This document shows positions 12,633 through 24,330 of a stretch of DNA of 64,000 bases, piece by piece. The notes under the pieces were generated by a model. That model did not search any database, was not told where the DNA came from, and worked only from the letters and a program-made list of their open reading frames with translations. The translations under genes and the position numbers were made by a program. The stretch covers positions 353,028,001 to 353,092,000 of the forward strand of contig OZ024743.1 in assembly GCA_964016885.1 (NCBI GenBank). Reading direction: 5' to 3'. Source of the stretch: Eledone cirrhosa (taxonomy: Eukaryota). Position 1 is the first letter of the stretch. The number at the start of each line of letters is the position of its first letter.

Positions 12633-13189
12633 TTGAATAATAATAATATTCGATTCGTTTGCAAGCAAACAACCTCATTAGACTATGTGTTTTAGACTAC
12701 AATCGTCATTCTTTTGTTCTCGCGGTGACAGAGAGAAACAATTGGCAATAATATTTCTGGGTATTTGCCCTTTGTCAAGATTGTGCAACTCTCTTTTCTG
12801 TCACACACTAGAACTCTAGAGAATATATAGTATTCTCTAAAGTAAACATCGGGTGATTAGTCTAATTTGAATACCGAGCCATTTTACGGCTGGCGTTGCC
12901 GAAAATTTTAAACAAAATTAGTTTCGCACTAACATAGCGGATACGTAAATGCATTCGTGGGTTTTATATCGAATAATAATTGTTTCTACTTTTGGCACAA
13001 GGCCAGCAATTACCCAGTACATTACTGGTACTTTATTTATATCGAATAATAATAATATTCGATTCGTTTTCAAGCAAACTGCCTCATTACAAAACATAAG
13101 GATTGCGATGGTCGTCTAAATCACACAGCGTAATGAGGTTGTTTGCTTGCAAACGAATCGAATATTATTATCATTGTGTTTGTGTCAAT

Positions 13190-13640
13190 GTGTATATGGG
13201 GGTGGGGGTGGGGGGGCTTTCCTCGTCTTCCCCTGGGTGTTCAAAGTTGCTTATGGCGTTTCCGTTGGTGTTGCCGTTGGTGGTGTTGCAGGTGCTGATG
13301 TCGGTAGTGGTCCCGTCGGTAGTAGTGAGGCTTGCGACCCCTTGCATTTTTTAGCTGAATGCAGAAGATTCGCAAAAGCGTTGTTTCGCGGCAGACGAAA
13401 CAGTTCTGCCTTTTGACCTCAATCATTACTTGCAGTACCATCCCGTTTTGGAGACGGATGTGGTCCGGGAGTTTTCTAAGGTCCTCAGGCCTGATCTGGA
13501 GAAGTATCTCCATGTCAACCCCGAACCAGTTTCCCTGCATCTGTCCCCTCCTCAAACACACATTCCAGGAGCCACCACATGTCTAGTCTTGGTGCAATCC
13601 TGGGAATGCGGACTCGAGCTGTTCTTTTTCCCATAGGATG
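13190..13640 (-). pseudogene. Fragment of Tx1/L1-type ORF1
   Basis: ..LQIRPEDLRKLPDHIRL..VLQVMIEVKRQNCFVCRE.. (degenerate zinc knuckle) resembles LINE ORF1. Its start (SYGKK..RVRI) aligns with YCGQKIVRVK of the ORF1 at ~41680. Confidence 0.55.
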
Positions 13641-13949
13641 GTCGATTAGCATTATCGTTAAAACATCAAACAAAATTCATTGCGTTATTTAGTTTCGCTC
13701 CAGTACGCCATGTGCTTATATATTTATACATACCTCAGTCTGTAACTCTTTAAAATGTACATACACAACAGATATACACAAACGTACACACACAATGGAA
13801 TTTCTATTTTAATCGTGTCGCTCCAATAAGTTCAGCATTAAATTCAATCATGAGTGAAACAAATAAAAAATGGATTCTTTTTGATACAATATGTATAATA
13901 TTTCGTCTAAAACATTAACAAGAGAACATTCAGTGAATTTCCAGGCTTT

Positions 13950-14075
13950 CAACGACCTCGAAAGGACGAAAGGCAAAGTTGACCTCGGCGGGATTTGAAC
14001 TCAGAGAGCAGAGAACCGGAACGAATGACATAATGCAATCTATCCGACGTTCTAACGACTCTGCCAATTCGCCGC
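13950..14075 (-). mobile_element. tRNA-derived SINE
   Basis: Reverse complement reads GGCGAATTGGCAGAGTCGTTAG...GAGTTCAAATCCCGCCGAGGTCAACTTTGCCTTTCGTCC. Confidence 0.75.
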
Positions 14076-14188
14076 GTAGTATATTTGTATATTTCAGTGA
14101 AATCTTGATTATGTCAATCGAACATTCATTTCTTCCTTTACTAATTTCAGGCATTAGACTGCGACCTTGCTGGAGCAACACCTTAAAG

Positions 14189-14378
14189 CAGACCTGCCAA
14201 CCTCTACAAACCCAAACGGGAAATACTATGAAAAAAAGTGCACCAAAACGGGGAGAAATGAGGCAAAATGGGGGGATTTTACATAATGAAAGCTATACTC
14301 ATTTTTACAAGAGAAGACATCTCTCACCCACCCTAAAGTGGGTGAGAGATCGTCGGACGAGGAGAGTTGACAAGTCAG
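14189..14378. mobile_element. MITE (CAGACCTG family)
   Basis: TIRs present. TTAAAG on both sides may be a target duplication. Confidence 0.7.
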
Positions 14379-14516
14379 TTAAAGGGATTTAATAGATTTC
14401 GATCTTTTGTGTGTGTGTTACGGAAAAAAACACAGACACGGACACATACATGTGCTGGCTGTTATTTGTAGCAAGTCGAATCACTCGTTATGTTGTTCTC
14501 AGTGTGATGGCGCTCC

Positions 14517-14712
14517 AGACCTGTCAATTCTCCCCATCCGACGGGGAGATCTCCCACCCACTTTCGGGTGGGTGAGAGATGTCTTCTCTAGTGAAAATGG
14601 GTATAGTTTTCTTTATGTAAAATCTCCCCATTTTACCTCATTTGTCCTCGTTTGGGGCATTTTTTTTTTTCATGGTACTCTCCGTTTGGGTTTTTAGAGG
14701 TTGGTAGGTCTG
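14517..14712. mobile_element. MITE (CAGACCTG family)
   Basis: CAGACCTGTCAA...TTGGTAGGTCTG; reverse complement of 10607-10800. Confidence 0.75.
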
Positions 14713-15102
14713 GTGAGTGCGAACCGTTTTATGTTACAGAAGAGACACAGACACATATATGTGCTGGCTATTATTTGTAGCAAGTCGAATTACTCGTAAT
14801 GTTGTTCTCAGTGTGATGGCGCTCGTTATGATGTATGTGTATGATGGCGCTCGTTATGATGTATGTTATGAGGTGCGTGTATACATGCAAATGTTTCTGC
14901 AACGACTTTCCTTAATGGCGACTTTTAAAAATTGATTAATATAATAAAAATACAATCTTTAATTGCAAGAGTTGTAGTGCTTCAAATTTAGTGTAAATTA
15001 TTATTGAGCTGTGATATAGTTTATGTCTTATATAGTTTATGTTTAGCAGACGAAATTGATTTTTTTTCATAGCATGCAATAGTTCTTCTCACCTTTCTAA
15101 AT

Positions 15103-15294
15103 CAGACCTGTCAACTCTCCCCGTCCGGCGAGGACATTGCATTGCCTTTGGGGTGGGTGACAGATGTCTTCTCTTGTGAAAATGGGTATAGCTTTCATTA
15201 TGTAAAATCTCCCCATTTTGCCTCATTGCTCACCGTTTTGGGGAACTTTTTTCATGGTACTCCCCGTTTGGGTTTTTAGAGGTTGACAGGTCTG
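15103..15294. mobile_element. MITE (CAGACCTG family)
   Basis: CAGACCTGTCAAC...GTTGACAGGTCTG forms a perfect 13-bp TIR. Confidence 0.8.
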
Positions 15295-15477
15295 AACGTT
15301 TTCACGTGTTACCGCTATGTCTTTCTATTTTCAAAGGCAATACTTACACGTAATGTTTTCGAAATACTTATATCTCCGTCCACGGATTGATATATCTTAG
15401 TTTCAGAAGATCCCGTATAAGGGTGAAAGCAGAAATTGTTAACTTAAAAACATTTTTTAAGTTTAATAATAATAATA

Positions 15478-15675
15478 ATAATGATTGTTTCTACTTTTGG
15501 CACAAGGCCAGCAATTATCCCAGTGTATTACTGGTACTTTATTTTATCGACCCCGTAAGGATGAAAGGCAAAGTTAACCTCAGGGGGATTTGAACTCAGA
15601 CCATAAAGGGCCGTAACTCTTTGCTGCAAAGCATGGCGTCCGACCCTCTACCGATACTGCCAATCCACCGCCCTT
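15478..15675 (-). mobile_element. tRNA-derived SINE, full length
   Basis: Reverse complement of the 9615/11263 family, with an (ATT)n tail. Confidence 0.8.
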
Positions 15676-16118
15676 TATATAATGGCTACATCTCAGTTTT
15701 GAGAATTGCCATCCTTGACCTTTTTCTCATATATGTGTGGAACGAACATCATCATTTAGCTCTTCCAATGGCTTAGATTCCTTTCTGCATATGTTGCAGA
15801 GAAAGAAAAACAAAAAGACCATCCTCACGCAACACACGTGAAAGTCGTTTAGATCAAGTAATGTTTGTGCTTGAAGTTTTTTTAAGTGAAGAAATGCCTT
15901 GCTCTGAACAAATCCCACACTCTGAAAAAACAAATATCCCAAAAGAACAGTCTAACATGATTGTCGATTGGTTGCCATCGAGCAGGTTTTACACCAGAGA
16001 CTTTTCCTTCTTCTAGAATGATATGTTACCAAGAACTATCTCTCTCACTCTCAGTGGGCAAACCGCGCGATCGGGCACCAGACCGAGTATATCCATTTTC
16101 CGCGCGCGCATATATATA

Positions 16119-16563
16119 CTAGACCTGAAAAATACGCAAGCTCAAAAGAGCCACAGAATGTTATAATAAACCTTCAAAAGTATGGAATTAGAGTTGTTGC
16201 TCAAAAATATTGTAATCATTATCTATCGTACACTCTATGGCATCCTTTTATAAAAAAGAGACTCATAACGAACTCAAGACGACACGATAATTATTTAAGC
16301 TAATGTTCAATATCTCATATTAGATGTCTAGTAATGATTAATACGAAATGCACTTAAACCGAATTCTATATTATAAATTCACTTAAATAATTATCGTGTC
16401 GTCTTGAGTTCGTTATGGGTCTCTTTTTTTATAAAAGGATTCCACAGAGTGTACGATAGATAATGATTACAATATTTTTGAGCAACAACTCTAGTCCCAC
16501 ACTTTTGAAGGTTTATTATAACATTCTGTGGCTCTTTTGAGCTTGCGCATTTTTCAGGTCTAG
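16119..16563. repeat. Foldback with ~180-bp arms, each ending in hairpin+CTAG (Helitron-like 3' ends)
   Basis: 16119-16300 is inverted to 16382-16563. GCTCTTTTGAGC hairpin lies before CTAG|T on both strands. Confidence 0.7.
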
Positions 16564-17306
16564 TTTAATATTTTTTTAAGGCAACGCTTGTAATAACTCT
16601 AGTTAAACATGATATATATTAATAATAAATTATCATTGTAATGTAATTAGATTATATAATTGTTATTTTATAAATGATCTTATAAATATTATTGTAAGAT
16701 GTATAAAAATATTTTCAGACTTTTAATATAAACAACTACAAAAAACAATTAATATTAAATAAATATTTTTACATAATAATTGTTATAGTTGAATTAATAA
16801 AAATTAAATATTACATACAAATAGTCTAACATAATAATAAAAAAATAATCTAACATAATAATAATAAAATAATCTAACATAAAACGAACAATAATATGGA
16901 CAAATATACAAATAATTATAATACAACCAATATTATAAGCATGTTAAACTGAAAAAAAAAATAGTTAATATAAATTTAAAAAATCATATATAAATTAACA
17001 ATATAACTTACAAAACGAGAAAAATATTTTGATGATAAGCGACGAAATACAGGATAAGATTCGAAAGCGAAACGATAAATAAACATGCAAACAAAATGGC
17101 GGATGCTTTTGAGCAACAATTACTCTCGTTGGCTGATTAGCCAAGAAGATGATGAAATTAGCCAATAAGACGATACATTACAAAACATGTTTGGCAGCGA
17201 TCATCACCACGGCCAGCGACACCCCTTGAATTTTTTATGCACAAGCTACGCATATTATGTCAGACAAGCAGACTTAAAACATTCTATTTTAGTCACTACG
17301 TGTCTA

Positions 17307-17354
<48 letters not shown>

Positions 17355-17848
17355 GGAAAAGGTGAAACTGGAAATATATTTTAGGGTCTGTTTTTTTTTT
17401 GGTTTTTTTTTCCTTTCTTTGATTCGTCAAAGTGACATTATTGAAAAGATGACATTATTGAAAAAATGAGAGGGACAATTCTTTTAAAAAAAAGTTTTAT
17501 AATGTATATAAAGTATATAAAGTATTACCGGTTTCGATGTATTATTAGAATTCATCTTATCAAACGTTCAGTATTACAATTAAAAAGAATTAATAGGAAT
17601 TAAAAACTAAAAATTAAAGATTTAAAATTAAGTATTGGAGTAAGTTTTTTCCCATCTTCCTTGCTCAGAGGTGGACTGGAGTGGTCTCAAGTCCACCTCA
17701 TGTATGTATGTATGTATGTATGTATGTATGTATGTATGTATGTATGTATGTATGTATGTATGTATGTATGTATGCATGCATGCATGTATGTATGTATGTA
17801 TGTATGTATGTATGTATGTATGTATGTATGTGTGTGTGCGTGTATGTA

Positions 17849-17879
<31 letters not shown>

Positions 17880-17974
17880 AAAAGTAATAAGAAAAATAAC
17901 AAAACAAACGGCACGGTATGTGGAAGGAATGAAGAAATATATTAGTTTAACGTTTGAAAAAGCAAGAAGAGACT

Positions 17975-18010
17975 TTTAACGTTTCGGACACCAGTCCTTC
18001 ATCAGAAGAT
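17975..18010 (-). ncRNA. Minimal hammerhead ribozyme in short PLE fragment (17880-18040)
   Basis: Minus strand CTT-CTGATGA-AGGACTGGTGTCC-GAAAC-GTTA-AAAG. Confidence 0.7.
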
Positions 18011-18039
18011 AGAGTTAGAAATAGAAGATTAATAGAAAG

Positions 18040-18125
<86 letters not shown>

Positions 18126-18304
18126 CATGTGTGTGTGCATGTGTGTGTGTGTGCGTGTGCGTGTGTATATATATATATGCATATACCTACCTACCTACAT
18201 ACATACATACATACATACATACATACATACATTCATACATACATACATACATACATACATACATACATACATACATACATACATACATACATACATACAT
18301 ACAT

Positions 18305-20236
18305 GACTGTCGTGTGGCTGGACTATCAAAAAGCATTTGATAGTGTACCTCATGGGTGGATTATTAAGGCTTTACAGTTAGCTAAAGTCCCACAACCATG
18401 GTAGCTGCTGTTGAACGCCTGACCAAGAACTGGTACACCAATTTGATCCTTAGAGGTGAGAAGGAGCAGGTTAAGACTGATAAGATACATTACCAGAAGG
18501 GCATCTTTCAGGGTGATAGCTTGTCAGTGCCACTCTTCGTTCTCTCACTGAATCCACTATCTTACCTACTCAGGAAACAAGGTGGACAAAGAAGTGGGCC
18601 CAGAAGTATCTCCCATCTTTTCTTTGTTGATGACCTGAAGTTGTATGGGCCAAATATCAATGACATCAAGAAACAATTGGACCTCATTACACAATTTTCA
18701 ACCGACATCAAAATGAAATTTGGTGAGTCCAAGTGTGCATATTTGGCAGTAAAACGTGGAAGAGCTGTGCCCTCCTCTAGAAATCTAGAGATGAACGGCC
18801 TGACAATACAACCTCTGCAGTCAGGTGACAACTACAGATATCTTGGACAGGATGAGAATGTCAGATATGATGGACCCATAAATAAGGAGAGAACCAGAAC
18901 TGAATACCTCAGAAGAGTAAAGAAAATATGGTCATCAGAACTGTCAGCATACAACAAATACATTGCCCACAATACTTATGCTGTGCCAATTCTAACGCCA
19001 ACATTTGGCCTACTGAACTGGTCATTGCAAGAACTAAGTGAGATGGATGTTAGAACTCGAAAACTTCTCAGTGTTACTGGCAACTTTAACATCAATGGTG
19101 ATGTGGATAGGCTATACTTCTCACGCAAGGAAGGTGGCCGGGGTCTAAAATCAATATTAACAACATATGAGACCCGGATAGTAACACTGAAGCAACACCT
19201 TCAACAGAGGAAAAAGGTTGGCAACCATCTTGCCCAGGTTTATGAGCATGAAAAAAGAAATATCATTAGAATAGCGACTGATCTGGAGGAGAGATATGGA
19301 ATAAAGCCTGATATAAATCTCTCACCCAGAGAAATCGGAAGATCCTATTCAATGTTCAAACAAGATAAGAAAATTGACCAATTTACAGAAAAAGTTGTGC
19401 ATGGATACTTGAGGCGTAAAACACAGACCATAGAGGGGATAAACCACTCAAAAAGCCTGGCATGGAGTTCCGACAAGTTTATGACATCACACCTTGAGGG
19501 ATATCTCTATGCAATACAGGAACAAGAACTCCCTACCAAATATCTGCTGCACAAAAGAGGAGGGCCAGCAGCTGACAATAAATGTAGGCTATGTAAAACA
19601 AAGATCGAGGATGTAAGCCACATTGTTGCCAGCTGCGAAAGAATGTCATCTCGCTACTACCTCCCCATGGGACACGATGGGATAGCTAGAACCATCTGGA
19701 ACGCACTTCGGAAAACAAAATTAACAACAAACGAGGAAGAATATATTGAGACAGATGGCACTAAGGAATACTGGTGGAACCTGAAAATAAAAACTGCCAC
19801 CAAATTAAAGCACAACCGGCCTGATATTGTTGTTTGGGACCACACATTGAAAACGTGTTCTGTTGTGGAGATCAGCTGCCCAATTGATGTAAACGTTGTC
19901 AGAAAAATACAGGAGAAGGAGGACATCTACGGACCATTGATGAGGAGTTTACAAATCCAGTATCCAAGATACACCTTTAGCTTCATACCCATCATTATTG
20001 GTGCTACGTGTTATATACCAACCCGCTTGGACCAAAGTATGACTGAACTTGGATTTGCGGACAAAAAGCGCAGCTCCCTAATTCATAGTCTGCAAATGGC
20101 TGCGATAGCTGGCACCTTCAAAATTTGCAAAACATTCTTGCGATTCAAGGGATGACAATTTCTTTTCTTTTACAACCTTGCCACCAGGAAGGTGGCCGGT
20201 CAAAAAAATATACTCGAAATTAAGAGAAAGAGAAAA
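18305..20236 (+). mobile_element. 5'-truncated Dong/R4-like non-LTR retrotransposon in a (TACA)n array
   Basis: RT-RLE ORF and a short 3' UTR, with (TACA)n on both sides. Confidence 0.85.
18398..20155 (+). CDS. RT + CCHC + restriction-like endonuclease (partial, 5'-truncated)
   Basis: GIFQGDSLS, FVDDLKLY, YRYLG, GGRGL, CRLC..EDVSHIVASC, NRPDIVVWD..VEISCP, K..Y. The upstream frame (18303-18400) gives WLDYQKAFDSVPH. Confidence 0.85.
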   Translation: MVAAVERLTKNWYTNLILRGEKEQVKTDKIHYQKGIFQGDSLSVPLFVLSLNPLSYLLRKQGGQRSGPRSISHLFFVDDLKLYGPNINDIKKQLDLITQFSTDIKMKFGESKCAYLAVKRGRAVPSSRNLEMNGLTIQPLQSGDNYRYLGQDENVRYDGPINKERTRTEYLRRVKKIWSSELSAYNKYIAHNTYAVPILTPTFGLLNWSLQELSEMDVRTRKLLSVTGNFNINGDVDRLYFSRKEGGRGLKSILTTYETRIVTLKQHLQQRKKVGNHLAQVYEHEKRNIIRIATDLEERYGIKPDINLSPREIGRSYSMFKQDKKIDQFTEKVVHGYLRRKTQTIEGINHSKSLAWSSDKFMTSHLEGYLYAIQEQELPTKYLLHKRGGPAADNKCRLCKTKIEDVSHIVASCERMSSRYYLPMGHDGIARTIWNALRKTKLTTNEEEYIETDGTKEYWWNLKIKTATKLKHNRPDIVVWDHTLKTCSVVEISCPIDVNVVRKIQEKEDIYGPLMRSLQIQYPRYTFSFIPIIIGATCYIPTRLDQSMTELGFADKKRSSLIHSLQMAAIAGTFKICKTFLRFKG

Positions 20237-20258
20237 CATACATACATACATACATACA

Positions 20259-20289
<31 letters not shown>

Positions 20290-20475
20290 GAATATAGACA
20301 AAAATGCTAACAATAACGGCAGCAGCCGTAGGTGTTACATGATACACAACAGCTGATATGAACAGAGAATAATCGTGTATTCAATGTACCCAATCAGGTT
20401 GAAATGCTTATTGACTTTGATAGGGTTTGTCAGTTAATGTATGTGGGAATATATAAATATATATATATATATATA

Positions 20476-21004
20476 CTAACCGAATTACCCGCGCCTTGCT
20501 GCGTTTCACACATAAAAATGTAGAGGCATTAACTAATTATGTTTTTGTTGTCATCATTCTAGTGATGTTTTGCCATAGATAAAATCTCTAAGTTAGCCAA
20601 ATTTTACTATAAAAGAGAGGTGCTTTTTTGTTGATTTACGTTTAATTAATAGAAAAACCCCGTGATAATAGAGGTTCCAATACTCAAGTTATGGGCTTCC
20701 AAAATGTTCACCATAAGGGGTTTAACCCCCATTAGGGTGTCTTGATATTATTGAAATTTGCTGAAATGTTGTGAATAGGCATTATATCTTGTCATTTACC
20801 TATGGTTTAAATTTCATATAAATCAAATCGAAAGTTTTCAGCGGGGGTTTGTGCCCCCGGGGAGCCCTTTGATTAAAATGAAATATACTTATCCTAGTAC
20901 CCTGAGCAATGTAGTTTCCGAATAAATATGCTTATGAGGGTCTATCTCCAAAATCATAGGAGGAGTTCGTGGATAAACAAACAAACAAAAAGACAGGAAC
21001 TACA

Positions 21005-21010
<6 letters not shown>
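20476..21010 (-). mobile_element. Non-autonomous Helitron-like element
   Basis: Minus-strand 3' end has a GC hairpin (CGCAGCAAGGCGCG) then TTAG|T. The 5' part has TATAAAGTTG and (TTTG)n, typical of animal Helitron-N elements. Confidence 0.55.
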
Positions 21011-21060
<50 letters not shown>

Positions 21061-21064
<4 letters not shown>

Positions 21065-21215
21065 AACGAGTAGGACCCCGTCCAGAATTAGCCGTCGAAA
21101 CGGCTTGAGCTCAGCGGTCGGGGTCCTACTCGTTCCTATTACCCACTCTACTACCCTAAGTATTGAGTACTTTGGTGCGTTATGGTCCATCTGGTTCCTT
21201 ACCACATTTCCTTTG

Positions 21216-21218
<3 letters not shown>
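21061..21218 (+). mobile_element. Mini PLE insertion (family A)
   Basis: TAAGAACGAGTAGGACCCC / GGGGTCCTACTCGTTCCTA inverted repeat plus tail; homologous to 283-483. Confidence 0.7.
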
Positions 21219-21253
<35 letters not shown>

Positions 21254-21259
<6 letters not shown>

Positions 21260-21627
21260 ATACTTTGGGAGGGTCATGTTGCCAATAAGAAACACACGCA
21301 CCAGTCGCAGAAACAAAATGGCGTAGGACAGAACAAAGGAGAGGCACAAAAACAAAGAAAAGAATCCCCAGTCACTGAAGAGGTCACAGAATGTGTGACG
21401 AAAGAACTTTCACAATATATATAAACAACTATCTGGTTGTGGAACCAACCAACCAACCAGAAATTTATAAATTCCTAAATTTATAAATTTATTATAATAA
21501 ATTGAAGTGAAAGCAACTGGTGCGTGTGTTTCTTATTGGCAACATGACCCTCTCAAAGTATAACAATATCGGTTTCAACACACGATTTCAGATAAAGAAT
21601 CTTGCTAAACAAATTCAGAAACGAAAT
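21254..21627 (+). mobile_element. Foldback element with HHR-like motif and 3' tail
   Basis: 21254-21305 is inverted to 21516-21568. CTGAAGA-GGTCAC..GTGAC-GAAA at 21375-21403. A related end lies at 39635-39660. Confidence 0.65.
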
Positions 21628-22508
21628 ATATATATATATATAACAAAGGAATTGTGGTGATGGTAGTAGAGTGGGAAATAGGAAAATGTATGACCCCGAC
21701 GGCAGAGCTCAAGCCGTTTCGACGGCTATTTCTGGACTAAGTTAGAATTTTTAGCCTGGTGAATAAATAGCCGAACTTTTCAAGGGGTACTTCCTTATAT
21801 GGGAAGATTGTAGTTGTCAAGAGGATTGGTTAACATTTGTTGTACACACAAATAAGTCTATCATGGAATTTGGTGGTGGGTAGAGGTGGCTGAACTTGCC
21901 TGTAGAACAATAGGGGAGTGAGTGGAGCGGTCAAGCGTTAAAAGTGATATGTATATATCAGATTCTAAGGATAGTGTATGAAGTGGGGGAGGGAGGTTAT
22001 AGAATAGGTAAATCGAAAGAGAGTAGGAGACAGTGAAAGATGCTAGAAATAAATAAATAAATAAAAAATAATAAAAATATATATATATATATAAAATTAG
22101 ATACTGAGAAATGAATAAAGAAATCACAATGCTATCTTACAATTACAGGTTAATAAGTTGAGAATAGAAAAAACTTATAGAAATTACAAAACAGATACAA
22201 ACTTAAAGGGGTTTGTAACACATCTGCTATAAGTAGTTAGTAAAACGTATTCGGCCAATTCTATCTTAAAATAACCGGGGTGGGGGAACTGATGCTACAA
22301 GGCTCGATGGGCTGCATCGGGGTAGGCGAAAGGGGAAAGCAGACGAGGAAGAAAATAGGGCGTGGAAGGAAGTGATAGGATGAGACAGGGGGAAGAAGGA
22401 GACAAAGAGGAAAAGAAAAGAGATACATTTACCTATGTAAGCTGGGGTTTCTCCTAATTTATTCGGCAAGTGTGTGTGTGTGGGGGGGGGGGGGGTAACA
22501 GCCCTTCT

Positions 22509-22790
22509 CTACCCACCCGGGTCGTTATAGGGATTGAGGGCGAGGTAAGTCATACGCAATCTGTGTTTGCATGCGGTTACCAGTTCATCTTTCTTGTTTA
22601 GGAGTTGGTCCTTCGAAAACAGCATTTGTAATGTTTCCTCCGAGCATAAATTACACAGACGGCGTCCTCCCGTGTAAGAGTTAGCTCTGGACAGTAAGTG
22701 CCAAGTGAGATTGTAGGTTATATTGTTATCTTGGAGGTCCCAGATGTGGCCCGAAAGTGTAGTGGCATGTCGCCGAACCGGGTTTCGGAA
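22509..22790 (-). pseudogene. PLE GIY-YIG C-terminal fragment (Nematis-like)
   Basis: TTLSGHIWDL..W..L...RLCNLCSEE..LLNKKDELVTACKH. Confidence 0.8.
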
Positions 22791-23302
22791 AGTCTGTCGG
22801 CCCATCGGGCCTTGAAGCATCAGTTCCCCCATCCCGGTTATTTTAAGATAGAATTGGCCGCATACGTTTTACTAACTACTTATAGCAGATGTGTTAAAAA
22901 CCCCTTTAAGTTTGTAGCTGTTTTGTGATTTCTATAAGTTTTTTCTATTCTCAACTTATTAACCTGTAATTGTAAGATAGCATTGTGATTTTTTTTATTC
23001 ATTTCTAACTATCTAATTTTATATTTTTTTATGTTTTTTATTTCTTTCTAGTATCTTTTACTGTCTCCTACTCTCTTTCGATTTACCTATTCTATAACCT
23101 CCCTCCCCCCACTTCATACACTATCCTTAGAATCTGATATAAACATATCACTTTTAACGCTTGACCGCTCCACTCACTCCCCTATTGTTCTACAGGCAAG
23201 TTCAGCCACCTCTACCCACCACCAAATTCCATGATAGACTTATTTGTGTATACAACAAATGTTAACCAATCCTCTTGACAACTACAATCTCCCCATATAA
23301 GG

Positions 23303-23410
23303 AAGTACCCCCTTGAAAAGTTCGGCTATTTATTCACCAGGCTAAAAATTCTAATTTAGTCCAGAAATAGCCGTCGAAACGGCTTGAGCTCTGCCGTGGG
23401 GGTCATACTT
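23303..23410 (+). ncRNA. Extended hammerhead ribozyme with U3-A8 core
   Basis: Stem I AAGTACCCC/GGGGTCATACTT, core TTGAAAA, stem II CGGCTATTT/AAATAGCCG, GAAAC, stem III GGC/GCC. The mirror copy at ~21688-21795 (-) has a GUC cleavage triplet; this copy has GUG. Confidence 0.65.
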
Positions 23411-23429
23411 TTTCCTATATATATATATA

Positions 23430-23531
<102 letters not shown>

Positions 23532-23555
23532 CATATATATATACGTACATATATG

Positions 23556-23603
<48 letters not shown>

Positions 23604-23928
23604 TATAAGTGCATGCATTCATTCATCCATCCATCCATCTATACATACATTGATACATACTTCCATACATGCATACATACATACATACATACACATACAC
23701 ACACGTGCACATACATACATTAGTACATACATACGTAAATACATACATACAAACATATATACTTGTATATATATATATATATATTAACACTGTGTTACAG
23801 TTTGTGTAACCTGGCTTGATGGTAGATATTATAACAACTTGTCACTATTGCAACTTCGTCCTTGCAACATTTCTCCTAAATTGCACGTTTTTACTTTTGT
23901 CTATGGGAATGAAGTACTGAAAAATTCA

Positions 23929-23986
<58 letters not shown>

Positions 23987-24283
23987 GCATATATATATAT
24001 ATATATACATATATAAATACAAAAAGTGTAAGTCAACACGTTAAAATTAACTTCGTTAATACATACTCACTGTTATATATATTTCTGTGATAACCATTAT
24101 GCAAAGCTGTGACCTCATCAGACAACTAGTATTTGAACAGAAAAGTCAGAAAAACATAAGGATGGAATAAAGCTTACTTCTGTTATCGATTTTTTTATGT
24201 TCAGTGCTGAAGTTTGGTCTTGTTTTCTCAAAGCACCGGTCGCATATATATATATATGCGACCGGTGCTTTGAGAAAACAAGA

Positions 24284-24330
<47 letters not shown>

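Larger units (their letters stand above)
21641..23418 (-). mobile_element. 5'-truncated PLE with ~600-bp inverted repeat (parent of family A)
   Basis: 21677-22280 is inverted to 22833-23418, with a GIY-YIG C-terminus between the arms. Confidence 0.85.

Noticed and set aside
9615-15675. tRNA genes
   Set aside because: The A/B boxes belong to SINE heads followed by conserved SINE bodies; no cloverleaf is evident.
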